From positions 1-63,378 of the forward strand of contig JBIIOE010000006.1 of the NCBI GenBank assembly GCA_044337105.1: a stretch of 63,378 bases of DNA, written 5' to 3'. Source of the stretch: Bdellovibrionota bacterium (GTDB taxonomy: Bacteria; Bdellovibrionota_C; UBA2361; OMII01). Positions 9,473 through 19,000 of the stretch are shown here, in pieces. A program made the translations under genes and the position numbers. A model generated the notes under the pieces. The model searched no databases. It saw only the letters and a list, made by a program, of their open reading frames with translations, and was not told the DNA's origin. Every line of letters starts with the position of its first letter. The first letter of the stretch is position 1.

Positions 9473-10993
9473 GTGCAGAACGAGGTTCTTCCGAATCGTC
9501 TACCGAGTGATAGAGGCTTGAACGGGTCAACCGCACAGAGTTACGTCCGCAATACAGTAACCATCGGCCCTTCCGGAGCCGCATGGCCATTTGCACCTCA
9601 CAAACAGACCGGAACGTTCTTCTTCGAATACTGCCCAACTTCTCACACCGTCGTATGGAGCTCTGGAAATTCTCAGGAAGTCCTCGGAATTTCAGAAGCT
9701 GCAGGGGTATCGCATGGCGCTATCTTTCTGGCACATATCCACCCTTCCGACCGTTTTCGCATCGAGTCCCTGCTCGAAAGGGCACTGCGAGGAGACTTCC
9801 CGTACGTAGCCACATATCGTTGGATCAGGCCGGACAACTCCGAAATTCGCCACCTTCACATGCGCGCTGTGCTGGAGCCAGATGGCTCTGTTTTTCGCGG
9901 AATGGCTCTCGATCTCTCGTCCGAGGTAATCGGCATTAGGACCGATCCTGACCTAACCGCCACCGTTGGCGATCCGTTCAATATGCTCGGCATCGACGGC
10001 GTTGCACTCGATCTCGAATTCAAACTTCGCGGTATCTTTGCTCACCGTCAAGTATTCTCCCTGAGCTTCGGACTTCCCGATCCACGCACAGAGCGCATGC
10101 TAATCGGGCAGAGCCTACCCGAGTGTTTTTCGAGCACACCCTCACAAGAGTATGTGTATCGTGTTTTAGAGCAAGCGTTGGAGCTTTGCGGACAGGAAGT
10201 AATAGTGGAGTGGCCGAACTTTAGGGCCTCTGTACGAGCGCTCCTGAGAGATGGAGTCCCCTCAGGTATAGCCATTGCGTTGTTTGACGTTACGTACGAA
10301 CAGGAGATCGCCCGGGAGAACAAAGCTCTTATTGTGCGGCTGAATCAGCTGACTGCTTCGCCTGAGCACTCCTCGGAACTTGCGAATCTGTCTCAGGAGA
10401 TAGTGGGATACGCCGCACTCATCCGACGATACGCGAATGACAATCCAGTGCTACAAGACAGCGTGGATGCACTTATGTCAGCAGCACGCGCGCTGGGCGA
10501 ACGTACTCGTACACTCGTTACCTTGCACACCACTGCTGCCGATGATAATCAACCTGAAGATGCAGGCATCACATCGGCGATGTCTTCCGCTGACACACTG
10601 TCCGTAGCAGAGCGTGCGCGAATACTCTTCGCGTCGGCCTCACGCGCTTCGAAGGCATCTTTGCCAGCCCTACTGAGTCAAGAAGATCTCACTACTATCG
10701 CCTGCCTTCTGGACGAATACGAAATACGATCCAAACTCACCAGTAACGAATTCGTACGGATCGTCATCTTAGATGTCCCCAGTCGTGACTTTCGAACCGC
10801 TGCCCTAATTAGAACACTCAAGAGATTCTTCCCTGCTCTGCACATAGTTTGCTTGGTTCCTGGAACTGCAACCAGTTTCTCGGATCTACAGCGATCGGGC
10901 GCGCTGCTCGTACTACCAAAGCCAGTGACCTCTCACGAACTACACCGAGTGTTGAAAGGCTTACTTGAAATATCCGGAAACGACGCGGCGTAA
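9473..10993 (+). CDS. PAS-domain protein with degenerate HisKA-like helix and C-terminal receiver-like domain
   Basis: PAS_3 pattern (WS...LG...IHPSD...YRWIRPD), coiled coil, ELANLSQEIVGYAALI, receiver-like VILDV...LPKP. No ATPase G-boxes. Confidence 0.75.
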   Translation: MQNEVLPNRLPSDRGLNGSTAQSYVRNTVTIGPSGAAWPFAPHKQTGTFFFEYCPTSHTVVWSSGNSQEVLGISEAAGVSHGAIFLAHIHPSDRFRIESLLERALRGDFPYVATYRWIRPDNSEIRHLHMRAVLEPDGSVFRGMALDLSSEVIGIRTDPDLTATVGDPFNMLGIDGVALDLEFKLRGIFAHRQVFSLSFGLPDPRTERMLIGQSLPECFSSTPSQEYVYRVLEQALELCGQEVIVEWPNFRASVRALLRDGVPSGIAIALFDVTYEQEIARENKALIVRLNQLTASPEHSSELANLSQEIVGYAALIRRYANDNPVLQDSVDALMSAARALGERTRTLVTLHTTAADDNQPEDAGITSAMSSADTLSVAERARILFASASRASKASLPALLSQEDLTTIACLLDEYEIRSKLTSNEFVRIVILDVPSRDFRTAALIRTLKRFFPALHIVCLVPGTATSFSDLQRSGALLVLPKPVTSHELHRVLKGLLEISGNDAA

Positions 10994-10999
10994 GTCGCG

Positions 11000-12484
11000 T
11001 TAGGCGAATCGCCACGACGAGCTGCTCTTGGAATCCAGCACATCCACCCCGTATTCATTCAGAGTTTTGCGAATTTCGTCCGAGCGCGCGAAGTTTTTCA
11101 CAGCACGGACCTCTGTCCTCTCCTTGATCAGCGCATTCACGGAATCCGGAGTCATGGGCTCCCTACCAGCCACGCGACCTGCGATTCTCAAGCCCTCGCG
11201 CTGAACCTTCTCCAACCCATCAAAAAACAGCCCCAGAACGTTACCGAGATCCTTGAGTAGCCTGACACGGCATTGCAGGTCCGGTGTAATCTCCGCACCT
11301 TTGTCCAGGTGAGCCACGATACGCGAGCGCTCCTGCTCAAGAGCAACAAGCGCTTCCGGCGAGTTGAAGTCATTGTCCATAGCCGCCTCGAACTGCTCGA
11401 TTAGCGCCTCGCACTCTGGAATGGCGTGATACGCACCAAGCGCATCAGAGCTACCGACGCGCTCGAAGAGGCGGTGAAAATCGAGAAGCGCATTCAGGTT
11501 GTCACGAAACAACTTATCGCTGACATCGATAGCAGAGCGATAGTGAAGCCGCGCTACTACGAATCGAAACGGGGCGCTGCCATACAACCCCACCCCATCT
11601 ACGAAGCGGATAAAGTTGTTCAAAGACTTGGACATCTTTTGCCCATTGATATTGAGCAGCCCACCGTGCATCCAAAACCGTGCGAATGTCCCGCCTGAGT
11701 ACGCCTCAGATTGAGCGATCTCGTTTTCATGATGAGGAAATTTGAGATCCAACCCTCCGCCGTGAATATCGATCGTATCGCCTAATGTTTCGTGAATCAT
11801 CACGGAACACTCTATGTGCCAACCGGGACGTCCGATTCCCCACGGCGATGGTTGTGCCAACGACGTTCGATCGTCGGCTTTCCACAGAGCGAAGTCCAAC
11901 GGCGAGTGCTTGTGCTTGTCGAGTTCCTTACGCACACTCTCGAACAGCATGCTCGTATTCTGATTGGAGAGCTTTCCGTAGTCCTCTTTCTTGGCGACGT
12001 CGAAGTAGACACTTCCGTCCGAAGTAGCATAGGCAAAGCCTTTCTCAATCAACTTCTGAGTGAACGTGATACACTCGGGAACGAATTCAGTGACGCGAGT
12101 CAGCTTGGTTACTGGCAGGACGTGCAGAAGATCTGCACAACGGTAGAACTCGTCGGTAAAGCGACGCGTCATAGCGATAGGATCCTCGCCACTAGAGAGC
12201 TCCTTGTCGATGATCTTATCGTCGATGTCGGTAACGTTCTGTACGAAATTCACCTTCAAGCGGCGATACTCGAGATACCGACGCACTATGTCAAAACGAG
12301 TCGCATTCAAGCCATGACCGATGTGCGAATGGTCTTGCGGCGTGAGTCCGCACACGTACATCTTCACTTCTGGCCCCACATCCGCCGAGTCGAGCGGCTC
12401 GAAAACCCTCTTTTCACCGGAGAGGGTATCGTATATCGAGATCTTTCGTGGACTTACTTTGTATTCGTGCTTACTAAACATCAT
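11000..12484 (-). CDS. cysS: Cysteine--tRNA ligase
   Basis: [37 protein letters not shown]. Confidence 0.97.
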   Translation of the reverse strand: MMFSKHEYKVSPRKISIYDTLSGEKRVFEPLDSADVGPEVKMYVCGLTPQDHSHIGHGLNATRFDIVRRYLEYRRLKVNFVQNVTDIDDKIIDKELSSGEDPIAMTRRFTDEFYRCADLLHVLPVTKLTRVTEFVPECITFTQKLIEKGFAYATSDGSVYFDVAKKEDYGKLSNQNTSMLFESVRKELDKHKHSPLDFALWKADDRTSLAQPSPWGIGRPGWHIECSVMIHETLGDTIDIHGGGLDLKFPHHENEIAQSEAYSGGTFARFWMHGGLLNINGQKMSKSLNNFIRFVDGVGLYGSAPFRFVVARLHYRSAIDVSDKLFRDNLNALLDFHRLFERVGSSDALGAYHAIPECEALIEQFEAAMDNDFNSPEALVALEQERSRIVAHLDKGAEITPDLQCRVRLLKDLGNVLGLFFDGLEKVQREGLRIAGRVAGREPMTPDSVNALIKERTEVRAVKNFARSDEIRKTLNEYGVDVLDSKSSSSWRFA

Positions 12485-12573
12485 ACGCGAGACGGAACCT
12501 TCTTCATGCTTTACGAAGGAGACTATACCACAAAGCGCGATGTGCCTGGTACTGGAGGCTTTACCTCGGTCTC

Positions 12574-13356
12574 TTAGCGCACGGCCGCCTCGGGCAATGG
12601 GTTCTTATTCCGGAGCAATTCCTTGGGTATGGTGACCGTTACGCCTCGTGTGAGAGGGGTAGTAGGGCCAACCTTACGAGCAGTATGCAGCCTGGAGGCT
12701 TGTGCGCGCTTACCCGTATACCAATCCGCCAGCACAGCCAAAGTCTCGCCCGAAAAAGTCACCGTATGAATATACGAGCCGTTGGGAAGCCTCTTGAAGT
12801 GCGCATAGCGAATATGCGGAAGGGGCCTCATGCTGGCCCGAGCGGTGGCAATCTCTGGTTCTTGCTCGAGGTGCCCTACTATTCGCTCCTCGAGATTAGC
12901 CGAGACGTCGCCGGATCCAGAGGCGCTCTTATCTGACAAGGAGAAAGCATTCGTTGCTAACACGTTCCGATCTTCAGAGGAAATCTCCTCTGGTCCGACC
13001 GTGAACCAGTCGCCACTTTTTCGCTTAAAGGAGTAAACCTCCCCCTCTTCAGGGTAATACAGCTGGATCTCGGGCTTTTTGAAGATTCCCTTCGTTACGC
13101 CGATAGCGCTAGGTTGCCCTCGCCGATCAACGAACTCACGCATGGCGTCGCTGGCTTTCACTTCGTCTTCGAGCAACCGATTTGCAGGAAGGTACGGATT
13201 ATCCGAGGCTAACAGCACCGGACCGCGGCCATTGAGTCGCTGAAGAAGTGGTCCACCACCAACCACCCCACCGACACAACCGAGCATCAAAAGCGCACTG
13301 CCGCAGCCTGCGATGGCGAGCTTGAAAGGGGTAGAGATCGGACGCTTGCAAGGCAT
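12574..13356 (-). CDS. Putative lipoprotein with C-terminal LysM domain
   Basis: Lipobox LMLGC and C-terminal HTV..GETLAVLADWYTG...L..G..V.IP. Confidence 0.7.
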   Translation of the reverse strand: MPCKRPISTPFKLAIAGCGSALLMLGCVGGVVGGGPLLQRLNGRGPVLLASDNPYLPANRLLEDEVKASDAMREFVDRRGQPSAIGVTKGIFKKPEIQLYYPEEGEVYSFKRKSGDWFTVGPEEISSEDRNVLATNAFSLSDKSASGSGDVSANLEERIVGHLEQEPEIATARASMRPLPHIRYAHFKRLPNGSYIHTVTFSGETLAVLADWYTGKRAQASRLHTARKVGPTTPLTRGVTVTIPKELLRNKNPLPEAAVR

Positions 13357-13456
13357 ATGAGTAGTGTTTGCTATGCGCGTGGCTCGAACTCGAACGAATT
13401 GAGATCGAACATAGTTCTTCTGTTGTCTAACACGGCTCCGGCTTAGACAGAAGAGC

Positions 13457-13491
13457 CTTTCGCTACAGGGAGGGGATCTCCTCGTTCTCTA
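13457..13491 (-). repeat. Degenerate end of the CTAG MITE family
   Basis: CTTTCGCTACAGGGAGGGGATCTCCTCGTTCTCTA resembles the reverse complement of the element's left end and overlaps the TAG stop of the 13489-14073 gene. Confidence 0.5.
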
Positions 13492-14073
13492 CAGACCTTG
13501 CCGAGAGATCTGTGCAAACGCTTTGTGGCCGCAGAGAGGTCGCGATAGGACTCCTCTAACCGCCTCGAGGAACTCTTTCAGTGCGACGACGTTATCGGCT
13601 TCGGATTGAGCCAAAGAGTCGAGGGACGTGCGAATCTCTATGACGCGCGCGTCTGTTTTCAGCGACACAAGAGCCTGATTTGGTCCTGAGGCTGGGCCGA
13701 AGGTGAATGCCGCGCCGCCTTCACTCTCCTCTATTACCTCCCGAGCCTTCTCTGCAATCAGCTCGCTCCGATCGGCGGAGATGCGGGCTATCCCTTGCTC
13801 TTTCGGCTGGGGCTTTCCTCGTACGTTCGAACCGCACTCTATGAAAACCCCGCTCGGAACACTTCTGTACTGCTCAAACTCCACAGTTCCGCTGGTTTCC
13901 TGACTGAGGTACAGCTGGTACGAAACAGCTGGGCCTTCTTCACCTACTCCCCACAAGAGGCCACCCGCGCACGCATTGAGCGCAAGCGCTAAGACTGGCA
14001 ACACTAGCAGAGGAGAAACCAGCCTCTTCGAAAAAGTAGTGTACTCAGCCCCTGCTCGAGTTCGATGAATCAT
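13489..14073 (-). CDS. Hypothetical lipoprotein
   Basis: Hydrophobic stretch followed by LNAC lipobox. Collinear with the ABC-F gene. Confidence 0.65.
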   Translation of the reverse strand: MIHRTRAGAEYTTFSKRLVSPLLVLPVLALALNACAGGLLWGVGEEGPAVSYQLYLSQETSGTVEFEQYRSVPSGVFIECGSNVRGKPQPKEQGIARISADRSELIAEKAREVIEESEGGAAFTFGPASGPNQALVSLKTDARVIEIRTSLDSLAQSEADNVVALKEFLEAVRGVLSRPLCGHKAFAQISRQGL

Positions 14074-14092
14074 ACGGTGCTCACTCTTAAGC

Positions 14093-15946
14093 TTACTTTA
14101 CCGGAGAAGTATCCAACTTGCCCTCGAACTCCTTTTCGATCGACGTGGCGCGCTCACTGGCAGACTCCCATGAAGCCATCACGGCATCAAGTTCACGTTT
14201 GAGATCGGCGAGCTCGTGCGTAGTAGAACGAATCAGTGCGGCGTTCCCCTTTTCGGATACATCAGCCAGCCGCGCCGAGGAGGTGGAGATCTGTGCCTCC
14301 AAGGATGTTATCCGCTCCTCACATCGCTCGATCTCTTTCCTGATAGGTGTGAGCAATCGCGACCGCTCTTGCAGGAGCTCGGCCTTCTCTTTTTTGACAT
14401 CCTTCCCGCCACCTTTGTTCTTTTTATTCTTACGGACGGAAGCGCTCGGATCGACCCCTTGTTCCTCGTCCCATCCTACACTTTCAAGGAACTCCTCGTA
14501 GGTTCCCTCGAACACGAAGGGAGCATCACCTTGGAATACGACCAGGCGGGTTGCCAAGCGCCGAAGGATTTCCTCACTGTGAGTAACGATGAAAACTGCG
14601 CCTTCAAATTGCTCGAGAGCATCAGTCAAGGCGTCGACGGACTCCACATCGAGATGGTTGGTGGGCTCGTCGAGCAAGAGCATATTGGAAGGGGTTGCGA
14701 GGATCTTTCCGAGCACGACACGACTTCGCTCTCCCCCCGAGAGCACACTGATTTTTTTGAGCGCATCATCGCCCTCGAACATCATGCAACCGCAAATTGC
14801 GCGGACTGCCGTTCTCGATAGCTTGGTGTTCGTGAGGTGAATCTCTGTTTCGATGGTATTAGTGAGATCCAGCGTAGTCGTATTCGTCTGCGCAAAGAAG
14901 GATGCTCGCGTGTTGGGGCTGATTACTATCTCGCCACCCACTGGCTGCAAATCTCCTGCCAGGAGTTTCAGCAGCGTTGACTTGCCCCGCCCGTTCTTAC
15001 CGATGACCGCGATACGGTCCTTCTTTCCCACTGCAATGCTGAGATCATCTATCAACGGACGGTCCATGCTTGAAAAGCCGAATGAGAGTCCCTTGATCTC
15101 CAAGGGAAATCGCCCAGGAAAATCGGAATACACGAACGAGAAGTCGAGCGTTGCCTCCTCCGAAAGCTCCCCGAGCCGCTCTATCTTTTCGAGCGCCTTC
15201 ACACGCGATTGAACGACGGTTGCCTTGCTTGCCTTGGCACGGAAGCGATTTATGAACGCCTCCATCCTCTTAATCTCTTTCTCACGACTCTGCCGGGTCT
15301 TCTCGTAGATCTCCTCGTCCTCGGCTATGCGAGCGAACAATTTATCTGAGTTTCCCTCGAGTTTACGGATGCCAGAGCGATAGATCAGCGCGCTGTGAGA
15401 GCTTACAAAATCGCAAAATGCTCGATCATGCGAGATGACGATCATCTCGCCGGGCCACGAGCGCAAGTATCGCTCAAGCCAACGAAGCGAAACGATGTCG
15501 AGATAGTTGGTCGGCTCATCGAGCAGCAGGAGATTAGGCTCCGAGAGAATAAGCTTCGCCAAGTTGATGCGGATCTGGAATCCTCCAGAGAGAGCGGTGG
15601 GCGAAAGCTCCAGCTCTGCTGGTGTGAACCCCAACCCTTCGAGCACTATCTCTGCCTTGTAGCGCTCGCTGTCAGGATCCGACAAAGCTGTGCACGCCTC
15701 CTCAATTACCGTTGGAGCAGAGAACGATATGTGTTGCTTCAGATACCCGATTCGATACCCACGTGGTGTGCTAACATCTCCACTATCTGGGCTCTCGTCT
15801 CCTGCGATGATCTTGAGTAGCGTGGATTTTCCGGAGCCGTTTCGGCCGAACAGGGCCACTCGCTCGCCTGGAGCAACTGTCAGGGTCGCGTCCGAAAAGA
15901 GCGCGCGCTCTCCAAAATGCTTCTCTAAACTATTAACCTGTAACAT
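14093..15946 (-). CDS. ABC-F family ATPase
   Basis: Two ABC domains (GRNGSGKST, GKNGRGKST, LSGG, LLLDEPTN), no TM segments, C-terminal coiled coil. Confidence 0.95.
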   Translation of the reverse strand: MLQVNSLEKHFGERALFSDATLTVAPGERVALFGRNGSGKSTLLKIIAGDESPDSGDVSTPRGYRIGYLKQHISFSAPTVIEEACTALSDPDSERYKAEIVLEGLGFTPAELELSPTALSGGFQIRINLAKLILSEPNLLLLDEPTNYLDIVSLRWLERYLRSWPGEMIVISHDRAFCDFVSSHSALIYRSGIRKLEGNSDKLFARIAEDEEIYEKTRQSREKEIKRMEAFINRFRAKASKATVVQSRVKALEKIERLGELSEEATLDFSFVYSDFPGRFPLEIKGLSFGFSSMDRPLIDDLSIAVGKKDRIAVIGKNGRGKSTLLKLLAGDLQPVGGEIVISPNTRASFFAQTNTTTLDLTNTIETEIHLTNTKLSRTAVRAICGCMMFEGDDALKKISVLSGGERSRVVLGKILATPSNMLLLDEPTNHLDVESVDALTDALEQFEGAVFIVTHSEEILRRLATRLVVFQGDAPFVFEGTYEEFLESVGWDEEQGVDPSASVRKNKKNKGGGKDVKKEKAELLQERSRLLTPIRKEIERCEERITSLEAQISTSSARLADVSEKGNAALIRSTTHELADLKRELDAVMASWESASERATSIEKEFEGKLDTSPVK

Positions 15947-16056
15947 CGCAACATCCGTAAGATCTTCCTTTTGTTCGGCTGTATGGATACCCGATCGCAG
16001 CGAAAAAGGAAAAGGCGCCGCGTTTTTTGTAAGCTTTAGGCTCCTAGCAAAACCCG

Positions 16057-16083
16057 CTAGGGAAGCGAGGCACCCTCCCCGGT
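16057..16083 (+). repeat. End motif of the CTAG MITE family, overlapping the ligase 3' end
   Basis: CTAGGGAAGCGAGGCACCCTCCCC. Its CTA is the ligase TAG stop. Confidence 0.65.
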
Positions 16084-17697
16084 CGTTGCTCCTACCAACG
16101 CCTTGAGCGTCTCTAGGGTATCAGCTTCCGCTGCTGGTTTGTCGCGCCGCCACCGAGCAATACGGGGAAAGCGGACAGCTATGCCCGATTTGTGGCGCGA
16201 AGATGCTTGAATGCCTTCGAAAGCTATTTCAAAGACCAGCGAGGCTTCCACCGTGCGTACCGGACCGAACTTCTCTCGCGTGTGACTTTTTACGAAGGCA
16301 TCAACCTGCCGTATCTCGGCGTCCGTCAGGCCGGAATACGCTTTGGCAAACGGCACCAAGGCGTCGCCGTCCCACACACCGAACGTGTAATCAGTAAAGA
16401 GATCGGCGCGGCGACCGTGGCCCTTGTGGGCGTACATCAAAACACCATCGACCGTGAACGGCTCAACCTTCCATTTCCACCAAGCTCCACGCCGTCGACC
16501 GACACCATAAGGAGAACCACGACGCTTGATCATCACTCCTTCTGCAAGCATCTCTCGCGAGCGAGTACGCTGCTCTTCAAGCTCACTCCACGAGGAGAAC
16601 TCAATTACGGGCGACACAAGAAGGCGAGGTTTTTCAGAACTGAAACCAGCGACAACCTCACGCAGGAGCGCTCTACGCTCCCGAAAAGAGCTCTGCCGGA
16701 GGTCTGACCCCTGAAACTCCAACACGTCGTACGCAATGAAAACCACCGGGATCTCCAACATCAATTTCGGCGAAACTCGGCGCCTGTTGAGGCGCTGCTG
16801 AAGGAGCCCGAATGTTGCAGGCCCCTTTCCGTCCCAGGCGAGCACCTCACCATCGAGCACAGTACCGTCTGGCAGCTTCTCTCCAAGCTCGCCTAACTCA
16901 GGAAAACTTTCTGTGATCAGCTCTTCGCCTCGCGACCACACGGCGCTCCGACCAGCTCTGACGACAATCTGTGCGCGAATCCCATCCCACTTCCACTCTG
17001 CGGACCAATCGCTAGGCGACCCCAAGTCATCGAGCGGCATATCGAGGGGATAAGCCAAGAAAAAGGGATAGGGCGTCATAGACACCTTCCCCTCAGCTCC
17101 ATCCAGCTTAACATCAGAGAGATTAGCCCAGGAGAAGGCGCCGGGTTGGTCGAATCCCATCAGCCTGTGGGCAACGGTCCCTTCGTCTCCACCAACCACC
17201 GCGGCCACAGCTTTGCACACTATCCCGCGCGATACTCCGATACGTAGACCGCCAGTCATGAGCTTGTTGAACACGAGGCACTGAGAGGCCGTCATGCGTT
17301 TCCACATAGCTTCAATCGTTGTCTTGCGAGTCTCTACCGGAGCGCCTTTGATCGATCGCAAGAGGTCAACCCACTCCCGAAGGGACTCCCTTTTACTCTC
17401 GCCGTCTGTAGTGGTAGCGCCTTTTGTTACGAGAAGAGCGGTCGTCTCCGCCAGATCACCCACTACATGATACGACTCCTCCAGTAACCACAGCGGAACA
17501 CCGGCACATTCCGCAGCCCACTCGCGAATCTCACGAGAACTGACAGCGCGCTCCAATTTGCCGCCTCGTAAAATATGCACAGCCCAACCAACATCAGCCT
17601 CGTCTGCGGTCGAGAGATACTGCGTAACAAGCTCAACCTTTCGCAAGGTTTTCGTGGTGTCACCGAGTTCATGATACAACGCGACGAAGCTCATCAT
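16057..17697 (-). CDS. ATP-dependent DNA ligase (ligase-associated damage-response cluster type)
   Basis: YHVVGDLAET, EWKWDGIRAQ (adenylated Lys), LDGE, EGVMIK, WWKWK, VRFPRI. Confidence 0.95.
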   Translation of the reverse strand: MMSFVALYHELGDTTKTLRKVELVTQYLSTADEADVGWAVHILRGGKLERAVSSREIREWAAECAGVPLWLLEESYHVVGDLAETTALLVTKGATTTDGESKRESLREWVDLLRSIKGAPVETRKTTIEAMWKRMTASQCLVFNKLMTGGLRIGVSRGIVCKAVAAVVGGDEGTVAHRLMGFDQPGAFSWANLSDVKLDGAEGKVSMTPYPFFLAYPLDMPLDDLGSPSDWSAEWKWDGIRAQIVVRAGRSAVWSRGEELITESFPELGELGEKLPDGTVLDGEVLAWDGKGPATFGLLQQRLNRRRVSPKLMLEIPVVFIAYDVLEFQGSDLRQSSFRERRALLREVVAGFSSEKPRLLVSPVIEFSSWSELEEQRTRSREMLAEGVMIKRRGSPYGVGRRRGAWWKWKVEPFTVDGVLMYAHKGHGRRADLFTDYTFGVWDGDALVPFAKAYSGLTDAEIRQVDAFVKSHTREKFGPVRTVEASLVFEIAFEGIQASSRHKSGIAVRFPRIARWRRDKPAAEADTLETLKALVGATTGEGASLP

Positions 17698-18692
17698 TCG
17701 TGCCCCTCGTGATCTGCGCCGTAATCAGTTTTTAATTCGTCTGCCGCTATGCCAAGCGAGCAGAGCCAACGTGCGAAGTGCGCGGTATACCCATGAGTCA
17801 GCAGCACTCGCTCTGCCTGAGTAGCCCGAACGGCCTCGTTGAGGCTCGCAAAATCGGCGTGGTCCGAGAGCACAAAGCCCTTTTCAACACCACGTCGTCG
17901 ACGGATCCCACGGATCGCCATCCACCCCGAGACGACCCCCACCTCATGTTGACCGAAGCGTCGTAGCCAGGGTGAATCGATGACAGCTGGTGGCGCAATC
18001 ACCAGAGCACCCTGAGCTTTTGTCTCGCCAGTTGCACACTGAATACCTGCCGGCGTTAGCCCTAGCACCTCATTGATCGCCCACACTGATGGATGAACGA
18101 ACACCGGCCCTATGGAGAGATCGAGGTGTTTTATGACCCTCTGAGCCTTACCCAACGAATACGCGCACAGGATCGAGCTGATGCCTTTTTCGCGGTTGCC
18201 TCGCCACCACGAGTGGATATCTGCAAATACATGCTCTTGAGGCTGCCAGCGGAATACCGGTAGACCGAAGGTACATTCCGAGATGAAGACGTTACAACGC
18301 ACAGGCTCGAAAGGAGCGCTTACGCCATCAGATTCGAGCTTGTAATCTCCGCTGAAGACCCACCGCTCACCATTACGCTCCACCAGTATCTGTGCAGAGC
18401 CCGGAACATGCCCAGCAGGATGGAACGAAAACGAGATGCCGTTGATGGTACGAACAGCTCCGTACTCAACGCCCTCTACTTGCTCCGGTCGCGTTCCCAA
18501 ACGGGTATGAAGGAGTGGCACACTGGTGTGATGAGTCAGGTAATGAGTACTGCCGGGGCGAGCGTGGTCTGCATGTGCGTGCGTAACGAGCGCTCGAGCT
18601 ACAGGACGCCATGGATCGAGATAGACGTCAGCATCGCGGCAGTAAAGCCCGGTAGCGGTCAACTCGAGCAAGGAAGAAGACATACCGTTCAT
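17694..18692 (-). CDS. Ligase-associated DNA damage response exonuclease (MBL/beta-CASP fold)
   Basis: GLYC...DPWRPV..A.VTHAHADH, AGHVPGSAQ, SGDYK, ECTFGLP, YSLGKAQR, LSDHADF. Confidence 0.92.
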   Translation of the reverse strand: MNGMSSSLLELTATGLYCRDADVYLDPWRPVARALVTHAHADHARPGSTHYLTHHTSVPLLHTRLGTRPEQVEGVEYGAVRTINGISFSFHPAGHVPGSAQILVERNGERWVFSGDYKLESDGVSAPFEPVRCNVFISECTFGLPVFRWQPQEHVFADIHSWWRGNREKGISSILCAYSLGKAQRVIKHLDLSIGPVFVHPSVWAINEVLGLTPAGIQCATGETKAQGALVIAPPAVIDSPWLRRFGQHEVGVVSGWMAIRGIRRRRGVEKGFVLSDHADFASLNEAVRATQAERVLLTHGYTAHFARWLCSLGIAADELKTDYGADHEGHE

Positions 18693-18823
18693 AAACGATT
18701 GAGCTTACACGCAGCCCGACCCTGCGATGACCTGTGAAATCTAGAGCGAGCTGATGTATTTACTATACACCCAAAAGCCGCATATGGTATAAATACAATA
18801 ATAATGAGTATTGAAGAAGCCCT

Positions 18824-19000
18824 GTGGCCAAGCGCACTCACACTAATTCTCTAGCAGGCTTTAAGTCTCACCTTCCAGTCAAGATCTGCCCGGTCTGCGA
18901 TAGGCCCTTCTCGTGGCGCAAGCGCTGGCGACTTACCTGGGAGCGGGTGGTGTACTGCAGCGATCGCTGTCGACGAGGCTCGCGAACGACCCAATCATGA
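18824..19000 (+). CDS. DUF2256 family zinc-finger-like small protein (below the ORF-track length cut-off)
   Basis: Translated by hand as [61 protein letters not shown] overlaps the photolyase ATG (ATGA). Confidence 0.88.
   Translation: MAKRTHTNSLAGFKSHLPVKICPVCDRPFSWRKRWRLTWERVVYCSDRCRRGSRTTQS

Noticed and set aside
11792-12577. 261-aa plus-strand ORF
   Set aside because: Antisense shadow of cysS.
18913-18996. Track's N-terminal extension of the FeS-BCP photolyase
   Set aside because: Overlaps DUF2256 in another frame. ATGA coupling supports the 18997 start.
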